This document shows positions 9,043-18,672 of a stretch of 64,000 nt of DNA, in pieces. Numbering within the stretch: position 1 is the stretch's first letter; every line of letters begins with the position of its first letter. The stretch spans positions 15,238-79,237 of the forward strand of contig MHBE01000031.1 of assembly GCA_001803205.1 (NCBI GenBank), written 5' to 3'. This stretch comes from Lentisphaerae bacterium GWF2_38_69. GTDB lineage: Bacteria > Verrucomicrobiota > Lentisphaeria > Victivallales > GWF2-38-69. Made by a program: the position numbers and the translations under genes. The notes beneath the pieces are model-generated. The model saw only the letters and a list, made by a program, of their open reading frames with translations, made no database searches and was not told where the DNA came from.

Positions 9043-9579
9043 TTATTTCTTTACCATGTCATACCCCAGCTGGAAAGCTTTCGTATTTAGGTCTTTGAAC
9101 TTAGGATTAACTCTGTCTATAACGGCTTTGAGCACGGATTCGGGTTTTAGTACCGGCAATATCTTAATCACGGCTCCAAGCATGCAGACATTAAGGACTA
9201 TCTGATTGCCGAGTTTTTCCATAACTGTATCATATAACGGCAATTCTTTAATGATTGAGTCGCTGTTTACATTTGGAACGACATGCCTTGGATCAGTAAT
9301 AATAAGGCCGCCTGGAAGAACTATATTTGAATATTTGTTATATGATTCCTGGGTCAGGCAGACGAGCAGATTTGGGTGAGTTACTTTCGGATAGTTTATC
9401 TGAGTATCGGAAATAACCACATCGCTTCTGGTAGCTCCGCCTCTTGCTTCAGGTCCGTAGGATTGGGTCTGAACTGCGTGAAGATTTTCGTAAATAACGG
9501 CTGCTTCCGCAAGTATTACTGCAGCTGTTATTACACCCTGACCGCCTGAACCTGAAAATACTATTTTATGTTTTTCCAT
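9043..9579 (-). CDS. 2-oxoacid:ferredoxin oxidoreductase, gamma subunit
   Basis: 178 aa. FSGSGGQGVITAA motif of OFOR gamma subunits. Last gene of the delta-alpha-beta-gamma operon. Confidence 0.85.
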   Translation of the reverse strand: MEKHKIVFSGSGGQGVITAAVILAEAAVIYENLHAVQTQSYGPEARGGATRSDVVISDTQINYPKVTHPNLLVCLTQESYNKYSNIVLPGGLIITDPRHVVPNVNSDSIIKELPLYDTVMEKLGNQIVLNVCMLGAVIKILPVLKPESVLKAVIDRVNPKFKDLNTKAFQLGYDMVKK

Positions 9580-9585
9580 AAATTA

Positions 9586-10395
9586 TTAACTCTCCTTTCC
9601 CTTTGAGGCCATTTCAATAATCTTGTCATAATTTTCACAGTATTCAGAGCTTTCTTTCTGCACGAAGATGCCTCTTTCTATGAGAGTAGGATCAGCCTTC
9701 TTTGCATCTGAGCCTATTGAAGTGGTTCTGTCCTTGAAGAAATCCATCATTTCAGAAGCCCCTTTCATCTTGTTCTTTCTGCCGAAATAAGTTGGGCACT
9801 GTGAAAGGATTTCAACGACTGAGAATCCTTTGTGCTGAATTGCTTTCTTCATTATTGAAACAATTTCAGCATAATGATAGGCCGTAGTTCTTGCTACGAA
9901 AGTTCCTCCGGCTCCTTTGGCAAGCTCAACTGTATCAAATGCGTAGTCTATATTTCCAAGCGGAGCTGTAGTAGCCATTACTCCCTGCCCGGAAAGAGGA
10001 GAGAACTGTCCGCCTGTCATGCCGTAGATTCTGTTATTCATAATGACAGCAGTCATATTGATATTTCTTCTGCAGGCATGAATGAAATGGTTTCCGCCGA
10101 TAGCCATTGCATCGCCATCGCCCATTGGGACTATTACATTAAGAGAAGGTTTACTGAATTTGACGCCTGTGGCAAAAGCCAACGCTCTGCCATGAAGTGT
10201 GTGTAAAGTGTGAAAATCAGTGTAACCGACTATTCTGGAAGAACATCCTATACCTGAAACCATTACTACATCTTTTTTCTGAAGCTGGAGCTCTTCAATT
10301 GCTGAAAGGATTCCCTTAAGTATGATTCCATGGCCGCATCCGCCGCACCAGATATGAGGGAAAAAGCGTTTTCTTATATAATCTTGAACTGGCAT
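9586..10395 (-). CDS. 2-oxoacid:ferredoxin oxidoreductase, beta (TPP-binding) subunit
   Basis: WCGGCGHG N-terminal motif and GDGD...GGNH TPP-binding motif. Confidence 0.9.
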   Translation of the reverse strand: MPVQDYIRKRFFPHIWCGGCGHGIILKGILSAIEELQLQKKDVVMVSGIGCSSRIVGYTDFHTLHTLHGRALAFATGVKFSKPSLNVIVPMGDGDAMAIGGNHFIHACRRNINMTAVIMNNRIYGMTGGQFSPLSGQGVMATTAPLGNIDYAFDTVELAKGAGGTFVARTTAYHYAEIVSIMKKAIQHKGFSVVEILSQCPTYFGRKNKMKGASEMMDFFKDRTTSIGSDAKKADPTLIERGIFVQKESSEYCENYDKIIEMASKGKES

Positions 10396-10396
10396 A

Positions 10397-11545
10397 TTAA
10401 AACCCCCTTCCTTCTATGACTCTTAATACATTCTTGACATCATCGACATTAATAAGCGTTCCGTCGTACCTATTGCAGAGAAATACATGGTTTGGATATT
10501 TCACGGAGGCTTTTACCTGCTCCATGACCTGACCCATGTTCATTTCTACAACTATTACCCGCTTGGCCTGATCGCAGTATTTCGCTACTGTCTCTCGCGG
10601 AAAAGGCCAGAGTGTCTGAAGCTCAAGCAGTCCTACTTTGCGTTCTCTTTCCCTGGAGTAATTCATTACTTCCATTGCAGTTCTGGCTGAGGCTCCGTAT
10701 GAAACCAGTACAGTTTCGGCATCGTCAAGAAAATACTGTTTTGTTTTGCAAATCTGGTTTGGGTGCGTATCAATTTTATCTATAAGGTGGCGCATAAGGT
10801 TGTGAACTAATTCTGGCTTTTCTGAAGGAAAACCCCACATATCATGGAATAGTCCCGTGACATTGTAACGGTGTTCTCCTCCGAAATCAGACATGGGAAG
10901 CCTGCCGTCAGTTCTTGGCAGGTAAGGATGGTAATCTGTGCCTGGAGGAACAGAAGTTCTCAGCCTTTCGATGACCGGAATCTTTCCCTGTTCAGGAATT
11001 ACAAGCTTTTCTCTCATATGGCCTACTACTTCGTCAAAAAGAAGAATAACAGGTGTTCTGAAGGTTTCGGCAATATTGAAAGCATCTATTGTTATTTCAA
11101 AAATGTCCTGAATATTTGAAGCTGTCATAGCTACGATTGAATGATCCCCGTGAGTTCCCCATCTTGCCTGCATAACATCACTCTGAGCTACATGCGTAGG
11201 ATTGCCGGTAGAAGGCCCGCCGCGCTGAACATTTACGATCACGCAGGGGATTTCTGCCATTATAGCGTAACCAAGAGCTTCCTGTTTAAGCGAAAAACCC
11301 GGACCGCTTGTAGCTGTCAAAGTTTTTGAGCCTGTAAGAGATGCTCCGATAATAGCGCACATTGAGGCAATCTCATCCTCCATCTGTATGAATTTGCCGC
11401 CGCCTTTAGGTAATCTCGATGCGAGGAGTTCGGCAACTTCAGTTGACGGAGTAATAGGATAACCAGCGAAGAAGTTACATCCGGCGTAAAGCGCTCCTTC
11501 CACGCAAGCCTCATTGCCTTGTACAAACTTTACTTTCCCTTCCAT
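10397..11545 (-). CDS. 2-oxoacid:ferredoxin oxidoreductase, alpha subunit
   Basis: 382 aa with GNEA...GYPITPS...TSGPG motifs. Separated from the beta gene by 1 nt. Confidence 0.9.
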   Translation of the reverse strand: MEGKVKFVQGNEACVEGALYAGCNFFAGYPITPSTEVAELLASRLPKGGGKFIQMEDEIASMCAIIGASLTGSKTLTATSGPGFSLKQEALGYAIMAEIPCVIVNVQRGGPSTGNPTHVAQSDVMQARWGTHGDHSIVAMTASNIQDIFEITIDAFNIAETFRTPVILLFDEVVGHMREKLVIPEQGKIPVIERLRTSVPPGTDYHPYLPRTDGRLPMSDFGGEHRYNVTGLFHDMWGFPSEKPELVHNLMRHLIDKIDTHPNQICKTKQYFLDDAETVLVSYGASARTAMEVMNYSRERERKVGLLELQTLWPFPRETVAKYCDQAKRVIVVEMNMGQVMEQVKASVKYPNHVFLCNRYDGTLINVDDVKNVLRVIEGRGF

Positions 11546-11550
11546 ATTTC

Positions 11551-11766
11551 CTATTCTTCCTTATCTTTAAATGTTACTTGAATAGCAAAATCAGGGCATC
11601 TTAGTTCGCAAAGTCTGCATCCTATGCAGTCTTGAAGCCTTACAACAACAGCTTTGCCGTCTTTGCCCATTTCCAGAACCTTTTTGGGGCAGAAGTGCAC
11701 GCATATCCCGCACCCTTTGCACCAGGCTTTATTGATTATGACATTGTCCACATTTCTTTTTGCCAT
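11551..11766 (-). CDS. 2-oxoacid:ferredoxin oxidoreductase, delta subunit (2x[4Fe-4S] ferredoxin)
   Basis: 71 aa with two CxxCxxCxxxCP motifs (CKGCGICVHFCP, CIGCRLCELRCP). Confidence 0.85.
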   Translation of the reverse strand: MAKRNVDNVIINKAWCKGCGICVHFCPKKVLEMGKDGKAVVVRLQDCIGCRLCELRCPDFAIQVTFKDKEE

Positions 11767-11906
11767 AATAGAGTCCTTGTAGTTTGTGTTTTTGATTGAA
11801 ACATCAGATGCTAGTCTAACTATAGTTGGTATTGCAAAATATCCAATAGTAAGAGCAAAGGCATTTTATTATGAATTGTTGTACGCGCGCTCAATAAGGC
11901 ATTTAG

Positions 11907-12638
11907 TCAGCTCTTTGATAAAGACATTGAAATTTCCTTATCAGACATGTATTTCCAGTGACCGGTTTTAAGGTTGCCCAACTTAAGCGAACCTATACAT
12001 ATTCTGGTCAAGGATCTAACTTCTGCTCCTGTGAAGGCAATCATTCTGCGGATTTCCCTTTTTTTACCTTCGCCCATAGTAAAAATATATTTATTGTCAG
12101 ATATCTCATTTATGAAAAGAGCTTTAAGTAGTTCCCCCTGGTCAAATACCCCTTCAAGGAGTTTTTTAAGTTTTGAAGCGGGAATTTTTGTTGAAGTAAC
12201 AACTTCATATTGTTTTGTAATGGAATTGCTTGGATGGGTGAGCTTATTTGCATAATCTCCGTCATTAGTGAAGATAATGAGGCCTTCGCTGTCTTTATCA
12301 AGTCTTCCTACATTAAATACTCTATAGGGACAATTGATAAGATCCAGTGCTTTTTTATCGGCATGAGGGTCAGAAGTTGTGCAGATATAACCTCTAGGTT
12401 TGTTTAACGCGATATAAACATATTTTTCAATAGAAATTTCCCTGTCGTTCACTGCAACTGAGTCATTAATCTGAACAATGTGGCTAGGTTCATTTACAGT
12501 TTTGCCATTGACAGAGACTTTGTTTTGTCTTATTAATTCGAAAGAACTTCGCCGGGATCCGACACCGCATAAGCAGATTAACTTTAAAAGTTTCAATGGG
12601 AAAATATTTAAATTCTGGTTATTATTTACATCTATCAT
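11907..12638 (-). CDS. Pseudouridine synthase, RsuA/RluB family
   Basis: S4-like N-terminus (GVGSRRSSFELIRQNKVSVNG) and catalytic-Asp motif GRLDKDSEGLIIFTNDG. Confidence 0.85.
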   Translation of the reverse strand: MIDVNNNQNLNIFPLKLLKLICLCGVGSRRSSFELIRQNKVSVNGKTVNEPSHIVQINDSVAVNDREISIEKYVYIALNKPRGYICTTSDPHADKKALDLINCPYRVFNVGRLDKDSEGLIIFTNDGDYANKLTHPSNSITKQYEVVTSTKIPASKLKKLLEGVFDQGELLKALFINEISDNKYIFTMGEGKKREIRRMIAFTGAEVRSLTRICIGSLKLGNLKTGHWKYMSDKEISMSLSKS

Positions 12639-12936
12639 TTGAGGAGTTTCATTTTGGTTTCATTGTTTGAATACAATTATACCCATAGATCTATATTTTT
12701 CTTTTGTCAACATTAACTTTGATATGACGAATCTTCCTGAAAGGTTTTCTTTTTTCTGAAGCATATTTCAATTTAGCCCAGCCGCCGGCGGAGCCTGAAA
12801 TTTCACAATGAAACTTTTATTGATTTCTTTTGAATATTGAATACACTATAAATCAGTCAAGCGTTATTACCTTTTCATTTTTATTGATTAAATACAAAAT
12901 TTAAATTAGAATTGAAAGTTATCACAGGAGATTAAT

Positions 12937-14916
12937 ATGTCGGAAATAGACCATTCTCATGGACATGACCATGAGCATCCTCACACTCATTCTGACTGTC
13001 AAGATTATGTAAACGCTGTTAATGACTACAGAAAAACATTTCCGTCAAAACAGGATGTCATAGCCAAAACTCCAGATAAGGGAGTGAGGGATATGCTTCT
13101 GAAGATGGATGAAATCGGATGCGAAAATAGTTTTGACAGATTCGACAAACAGAAACCTCAGTGCAATTTCGGTTTGGCTGGAGTGTGTTGCAGAATATGT
13201 TGCATGGGGCCTTGTAAAATCACAAATAAATCGCCGAAAGGCGTTTGCGGTGCAGACGCTCATTTGATTGTAGCCCGAAATATGCTTAGAAGCATAGCTG
13301 CCGGAGCCGCCGCTCATGGTATTCACGGGAGAGAGATGGTTATTGCTCTTCGCAAAGCAGCAGCAGGCGAACTTAAACTGCCTATTGTCGGCAAAGACCT
13401 TCTCTATAAATGCTGTTCTGCTCTCGGAATAAAAACAGAGAATAAAAGTCTGAAAGATATTGTCTTCGAGTTTACTGATATACTTCTTGACGATATGTCC
13501 AGAACAAAACCTGAAAAGTTCAAACTCATTGAAGCTTTTGCCACAGAGGAGAGGAAGAAAGTCTGGAAGGATATGGACATAATTCCTATCAGCGGTTACC
13601 ATGAAGTTTTTGAAGCGCTTCACAGAACGAATTGTGGTACAGACGGAGACTGGGAAAATGTAATGAAGCAGTTTGGCAGATGCGGGCTTTCTTTTCTTTT
13701 TAATGGCGTTCTTACTCCGGCTCTAGCAAGTGATATCCTTCTCGGAGGATCAGCCAGAAGGACGGCAAAGACGAATATCGGCGCGCTGAAAAAAGGTTAT
13801 GTGAATATTGCTGTCCACGGACATCTTCCGGCTATAGTCAGTCAGATAATCAAATTTGGAAGGACAGATGAATTTATTAATATGGCAAAGAGCAAAGGGG
13901 CATTGGGAATAGAATTTTATGGAATTTGTTGTACTGGTCTTTCTGCCATGTACAGATACGGCGGAGTAGTTCCTCTTTCCAATGCCGTTGGAGCAGAACT
14001 TGTTCTTGGTACCGGCGCACTCGATTTGTGGGTAGCAGACATTCAGGATGTATTCCCTGGTATAATGGAAGTAGCAAAATGCTTCAAGACCACAGTTGTT
14101 ACAACTAGCGATTCTGCCAGGCTTCCGGGAGCAGAACATTACGCTTATGACCGATACCATTCAAATATGTCTGAAACTGAAGCTATAGCCAGAAAGATTG
14201 TGACAAGAGCCATTGAAAGCTTTGCTGCAAGAAGAGATATCCCTGTTACTATCCCGCCTTACGAAATAGAGGCAGAAGTTGGTTTTTCCCCCGAGCATGT
14301 CGAAGAAAGATATACTTACAAGGGAATGGTTGAGGCTTTAAAAGACGGAAGAATCCTTGGGATAGTAAACATGGTAGGATGCACGAATCCCAGAGTTATT
14401 TTTGAAAAAGCAATTGTCGATATAGCTGAAAAACTTATAGCCAATAATGTGCTAATACTCACTAATGGATGTGCCTCATTTTCACTGCTTAAGCTTGGAT
14501 TCTGCAGCAAATCGGCTATTGAAAAAACAGGTTCCGGACTAAAAAGTTTCCTTAAGGACGAACCGCCTGTATGGCACATGGGGGAATGCATTGACAATGC
14601 AAAGTGCGCGGAAGTTTTCGGCAAAGTTGCAGCCGAGGCTGGCAAGGCTGTTAAGGATATGCCATATGCCTTCACAAGCCCGGAATGGTCAAATGAGAAA
14701 GGAATAGGCGCTTCTTTTGCTTTCCGCCTTAATGGAATGAGTTCATTCCATTGTGTTTATCCACCCGTGCAAGGCTCTGATAAAGTCATGGATTTCATGT
14801 TCAATGCCAAAAATACGCTAGGTTCTACTATGACAGTCGATACTAATCCCGATACTTTGGCTGATAAGATTATCCAGCACATAAAGGATAAACGAAAAGA
14901 ACTAGGATGGAAATAA
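12937..14916 (+). CDS. cooS: Anaerobic Ni-dependent carbon monoxide dehydrogenase catalytic subunit
   Basis: 659 aa. D/B-cluster cysteine pattern CNFGLAGVCCRICCMGPC...GVCGA and overall CooS length. SD ggag 8 nt upstream. Histidine-rich N-terminal tail. Confidence 0.9.
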   Translation: MSEIDHSHGHDHEHPHTHSDCQDYVNAVNDYRKTFPSKQDVIAKTPDKGVRDMLLKMDEIGCENSFDRFDKQKPQCNFGLAGVCCRICCMGPCKITNKSPKGVCGADAHLIVARNMLRSIAAGAAAHGIHGREMVIALRKAAAGELKLPIVGKDLLYKCCSALGIKTENKSLKDIVFEFTDILLDDMSRTKPEKFKLIEAFATEERKKVWKDMDIIPISGYHEVFEALHRTNCGTDGDWENVMKQFGRCGLSFLFNGVLTPALASDILLGGSARRTAKTNIGALKKGYVNIAVHGHLPAIVSQIIKFGRTDEFINMAKSKGALGIEFYGICCTGLSAMYRYGGVVPLSNAVGAELVLGTGALDLWVADIQDVFPGIMEVAKCFKTTVVTTSDSARLPGAEHYAYDRYHSNMSETEAIARKIVTRAIESFAARRDIPVTIPPYEIEAEVGFSPEHVEERYTYKGMVEALKDGRILGIVNMVGCTNPRVIFEKAIVDIAEKLIANNVLILTNGCASFSLLKLGFCSKSAIEKTGSGLKSFLKDEPPVWHMGECIDNAKCAEVFGKVAAEAGKAVKDMPYAFTSPEWSNEKGIGASFAFRLNGMSSFHCVYPPVQGSDKVMDFMFNAKNTLGSTMTVDTNPDTLADKIIQHIKDKRKELGWK

Positions 14917-14958
14917 CATTCAGCATATTTTCTAAAACAATTTATGAGGTGTAATTAA

Positions 14959-15321
14959 ATGTTTGTGAAGAATAAGAATGACTTTCAATTAAAGGTAGCA
15001 GAAACCGGATGCCTGACAGCCAGAATGATTGAGAATATTGAGTCTGATTATTCAGTTATGTACAATCGTTTGGATGCTGGAAAGTCGTCAATTGAACATT
15101 CTCACGATGACTGTGATGAACTCTACTATATCATTGACGGCTCAGGCACTCTGCAACTTGGCAATGAACAAAGAAGAATAAGCTCAGGCGACCTTGTCGT
15201 AATTCCGAAGGGTGCGTTTCATTTTCTAACAAATGAAGGAGATACACCAGTAGAATTCCTTACTATTGGGTTCTCTGGAGATCTGTATAATGGCTGGAAA
15301 TGGTTTCATATCAAGAAGTAA
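14959..15321 (+). CDS. Cupin-domain protein
   Basis: 120 aa with cupin motifs SIEHSHDDCDELYYIIDGSG and GDLVVIPKGAFH. Confidence 0.7.
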   Translation: MFVKNKNDFQLKVAETGCLTARMIENIESDYSVMYNRLDAGKSSIEHSHDDCDELYYIIDGSGTLQLGNEQRRISSGDLVVIPKGAFHFLTNEGDTPVEFLTIGFSGDLYNGWKWFHIKK

Positions 15322-15327
15322 AATGCA

Positions 15328-16260
15328 ATGCTTATAATTAATGTGCTAGTTCCTGTATTCGGACTTGTTCTTATAGGCACTGTTGCTTACAGGATGAATA
15401 TACTTGGGAGAAACTCCAATAGGGTACTTTCCAATTTTGTCTATTTTATAGCACTTCCGTCAACTCTTTTCCTGAGTGGCGCAAGAACTCCAATAGCAAG
15501 ATATATGGATTCGTGGCCTTTTCTGGCCGCCTATCTTATAGCGACCGCAATTATTTTTCTGATAGTTTACCTTAAAAAGAACGATGATAAAAAGGCAAAG
15601 ATTATTAATGCCATGAGCGCCGCTTCTCCCAATACTGCCTTCATGGGGATTCCTGTAATCCTGGCTATCTTCGGGCCGCGAGGAATGCTTGAAGTAATTA
15701 TGAGCACGCTGATTCTAACTGTGGTTGTAGTAGTCGGCGTAATTCTTCTGGATTCAGATCACCATGGCGCAAAAGGCATGGAACTTAGAAAGATACTCGC
15801 CATACTTTACAAAAACCCGCTGGTTGTATCGATACTTCTAGGAATTTTCTTTTCATTAACGAATCTTAAGCTCCCAAAGTGTATTGATGATCTTTTTTCT
15901 TATATTTCTGCTACAACCGGAACTCTTTCTCTCATAGCAATAGGTATGACTCTTACTTTCACTATTCCTAAAAACATCCTTAAGCTCATCTGGATTGACG
16001 GAATGAAACTTATCGCGATGCCTCTTATTACTCTTCTTTTCCTCAAAATTTTTAACGCAACAGAATTTATGCTTGCGACCGGGCTGGTGCTTTCTTCTAT
16101 GCCTGTAGCAGTAACGAGTTATATCGTAGCTCAGAGATATAATACCCAGGTCAGGGAGAGTTCTGATATTGTTATTTCCAGTACAGTTTTTTCTATAATT
16201 ACACTGACAATTATAATGACGGTAATTACGGCTTTCTTTCCCGGAACTATTGCAAACTAA
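15328..16260 (+). CDS. AEC (auxin efflux carrier) family transporter
   Basis: 310 aa, about 10 TM helices. N-terminal VLVPVFGLVLIG...LSNFVYFIALP pattern typical of the AEC/Mem_trans family. Confidence 0.8.
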   Translation: MLIINVLVPVFGLVLIGTVAYRMNILGRNSNRVLSNFVYFIALPSTLFLSGARTPIARYMDSWPFLAAYLIATAIIFLIVYLKKNDDKKAKIINAMSAASPNTAFMGIPVILAIFGPRGMLEVIMSTLILTVVVVVGVILLDSDHHGAKGMELRKILAILYKNPLVVSILLGIFFSLTNLKLPKCIDDLFSYISATTGTLSLIAIGMTLTFTIPKNILKLIWIDGMKLIAMPLITLLFLKIFNATEFMLATGLVLSSMPVAVTSYIVAQRYNTQVRESSDIVISSTVFSIITLTIIMTVITAFFPGTIAN

Positions 16261-16414
16261 GAGTGCAGTTTAAAGACAGTTTGTAGCAAAAAGAAAAGTC
16301 AATATTTGTAAACGAATTAAGCTTTCCTTTCAGGTGGATTTTAACCTATGATCCTTATTGCAATTTCGGAATATTCAGGATAATATGATTTGAGAGATTT
16401 TGGATATTTGATGG

Positions 16415-16834
16415 ATGTTCCTTTTTGAGAAGTTTACAGCTTTGATTCTTCATAATAAGGAAATGGGAGATGTCATTAAAAAAAATACTAATGGAAGAAA
16501 AGAAGGGGATGTGATATGTCCGTGCCATAACGGAGCTGGAGAATCTTTATGTGTTTATCATATTGATACAGGGTATCTTAATTACAAGGGAAGTGGATGG
16601 GAGGTAGTTTTGCGTCTGCCTTTTAATGTTGTGTTTGCTCCCCTTTACTCTATCATTTTCCAGAGGCTTCACGGGATGACTGAGTTTCCCAGTTGCGGAA
16701 TGGGGCTTGCATTCTGTAAAAGCATTGTCGAAAGGCATGGTGGTGAAATCTGGTTTGAATCAGCTCCCGGAGAAGGGAGTGTCTTTTATGAAAAACCTTT
16801 GCTGAATACCCCGTTGCTTTGCGGCTTGGGATAG
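16415..16834 (+). pseudogene. Decayed remnant of a sensor histidine kinase ATPase (HATPase_c) domain
   Basis: Only the last approximately 50 aa look kinase-like: IFQRLHG...[32 protein letters not shown] (G2 box and C-terminal strand). The N and G1 boxes are degenerate, and there is no DHp/His box or room for one. Confidence 0.5.
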
Positions 16835-16890
16835 TCAAGTTCAAGGAATTTCTTCACAGCCATACCATAAGTGGGCTGGCGGCTGTGCTT

Positions 16891-18672
16891 TTATTTTGCA
16901 AACCAGCTTGTCTCTTTCTGTCCCTGACTTGTCATATAGACAAAACGGTATGTGTTCCATCGGCTTTGAGAAATGGGGGACACAAAAGAGTAAGCGCCAT
17001 TACCGATACTCTTCATAAACCAGCCGCCGATAATGTTTTTATCCTTTGCAAGATGCACAATTATATAAGATGTAATAGCTGAAGAGTTAACAGAAATATT
17101 GCCTTTTTCTAGTTTATAATTTATATCACCAGCATTCGAGTACCCGCTTTCAGTGTTTGCAGTGGGTGTTTGAGAATTGTTTCCCTCCAAAGCTGGGATT
17201 GTGATTATCAACTCTTTCTGATTCGGCTCCCAGATAGAGGACTCCTGACCGTTCACATCATCATAAGAAAAGGCGTAGCATCTGCTTTCAGCAGCTACAG
17301 AGTGAAGAAGTTGGGCATATTTATTGTAGTAACCTTTATTTAGAGAATCAGATTTATAGTATTTGCTTCTTTCCCACCATATTGAAGAGCTGTGAAGCAC
17401 TCCTCTGTTGCCTGCTGCAGCAATAAAAGCCTGGACTTTTCGCTCAATTTCAGTTCCCTTTGCAAGTGTGCCGTCTCCAGCGAAAACTTCCTGCGAAGTC
17501 GGTTTACTGATTGTGAAGAACTGACTTCCGAAAGCTGGATGGGCAGCATGAGCATGAAGGAGATTATCCTTCTTCACATAACCACTTACAGTCCAACCTT
17601 CAAAAGTAGTATTAACAGGATAAACTTTTAAATTATTCCAGGCAGAGTCTATGGAAGGATTTAGATAGTTTGCCGGAATTTTTCCAGTTAGAGTCCCGAT
17701 TGTGCCTCCAAGAAGTCTGATATTTTGACCGTTGCTGTCTTTTACAATGCAGTTATTTAATGGATAACCTAGTGTTGATGCTTTTGAAAATATTTCAGAT
17801 CTAGAGAAGTTGTAGCCTCTTGAAATTGATGTCCCATTGGTCATGTTCATTTGTATGCCAAAGGGAATACTGAAAAAGTCCACATTCGAAGTGTTGACAA
17901 AGAGGTTTTCTCCAGGTTTCCATGTCATTTCAACAATATCATAAATTGTACCTACACTTGATGTAATCTGTCCTTCTGCCGCAGCAGTAGGTTCTGCCAG
18001 TCCTTGAGGTTCGCTATTCACATGAAAAGGAAGGGGTTTATCTATCGAAATATAGAGCCTGCCTGAAACAAAGCGTGGAACATAAATTTGATAGGTATTG
18101 TCTGTTGTTTTAGGCAATCTGGAAAGTTGATAACTATATTGAGGACAAGTTCCTGATGTGCCATTGTCGGAAACCTTTATAGGAAGCATGGTTTTTGAGT
18201 CGAATGCCAGGTAAGCCATTACATTCTCATTTTGCGGCAATCTGGCAATCATTGATAGGTAAACAGAATTATCACTCTTTCCTGATTTATTTACAATTTT
18301 AATAGGAAATAAGTCATTAGGCGGAGTTGTTTGATCTGGGGCAACAGCGTCTTTTGCAAACCACACAGTTTCTTTCTGACCTTCTTTTGTCATATAGACA
18401 AATCTGTATTCGTTCCAAACGCTCTCAGGCAGGGGGGATTTTAGAGTAAAAGCACTGCTGCTTTGTCTTTGCATAAACCACCCACCAAGAATTCCTTTGG
18501 CTTTTGCCAGATGAACTATGACATAATCTGTTATTAAAGGCGAGCTTGCTGTAATAATTCCATTTTCAAAGTTGTTATCTATTGTGCTGCCTTCTGCATT
18601 AATACAGCAAAGAGAACTAATTGACAGCATTAAAAATAGTGCTGCAATGATTGAACTTATTCTATTTTTCAT
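16891..18672 (-). CDS. Secreted GH64-like beta-1,3-glucanase flanked by two copies of a CBM-like domain
   Basis: Start taken at ATG 18672 (MKNRISSIIAALFLMLSISS signal peptide). The core resembles GH64 (SGRLYISIDKPL, YDIVEMTW, NVDFFSIPF, KPTSQEVF, NKYAQLLH, YAFSYDDVNGQ). N- and C-terminal roughly 60-aa repeats are 38/61 identical by hand alignment. Confidence 0.55.
   Translation of the reverse strand: MKNRISSIIAALFLMLSISSLCCINAEGSTIDNNFENGIITASSPLITDYVIVHLAKAKGILGGWFMQRQSSSAFTLKSPLPESVWNEYRFVYMTKEGQKETVWFAKDAVAPDQTTPPNDLFPIKIVNKSGKSDNSVYLSMIARLPQNENVMAYLAFDSKTMLPIKVSDNGTSGTCPQYSYQLSRLPKTTDNTYQIYVPRFVSGRLYISIDKPLPFHVNSEPQGLAEPTAAAEGQITSSVGTIYDIVEMTWKPGENLFVNTSNVDFFSIPFGIQMNMTNGTSISRGYNFSRSEIFSKASTLGYPLNNCIVKDSNGQNIRLLGGTIGTLTGKIPANYLNPSIDSAWNNLKVYPVNTTFEGWTVSGYVKKDNLLHAHAAHPAFGSQFFTISKPTSQEVFAGDGTLAKGTEIERKVQAFIAAAGNRGVLHSSSIWWERSKYYKSDSLNKGYYNKYAQLLHSVAAESRCYAFSYDDVNGQESSIWEPNQKELIITIPALEGNNSQTPTANTESGYSNAGDINYKLEKGNISVNSSAITSYIIVHLAKDKNIIGGWFMKSIGNGAYSFVSPISQSRWNTYRFVYMTSQGQKETSWFAK

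Noticed and set aside
9043-11766. Assigning the oxidoreductase specifically as 2-oxoglutarate (kor) versus pyruvate or 2-ketoisovalerate (por/vor)
   Set aside because: The delta-alpha-beta-gamma order and subunit sizes fit several four-subunit OFORs. Substrate specificity cannot be read from motifs by eye, so gene symbols are left blank.
13045-13623. 192-aa minus-strand ORF
   Set aside because: It is fully inside cooS on the opposite strand. cooS has unambiguous cluster-binding motifs, and the antisense ORF has none.
16819-17082. 87-aa plus-strand ORF
   Set aside because: It overlaps the 3' end of the glucanase gene in antisense, where the C-terminal CBM-like repeat is clearly coding on the minus strand.
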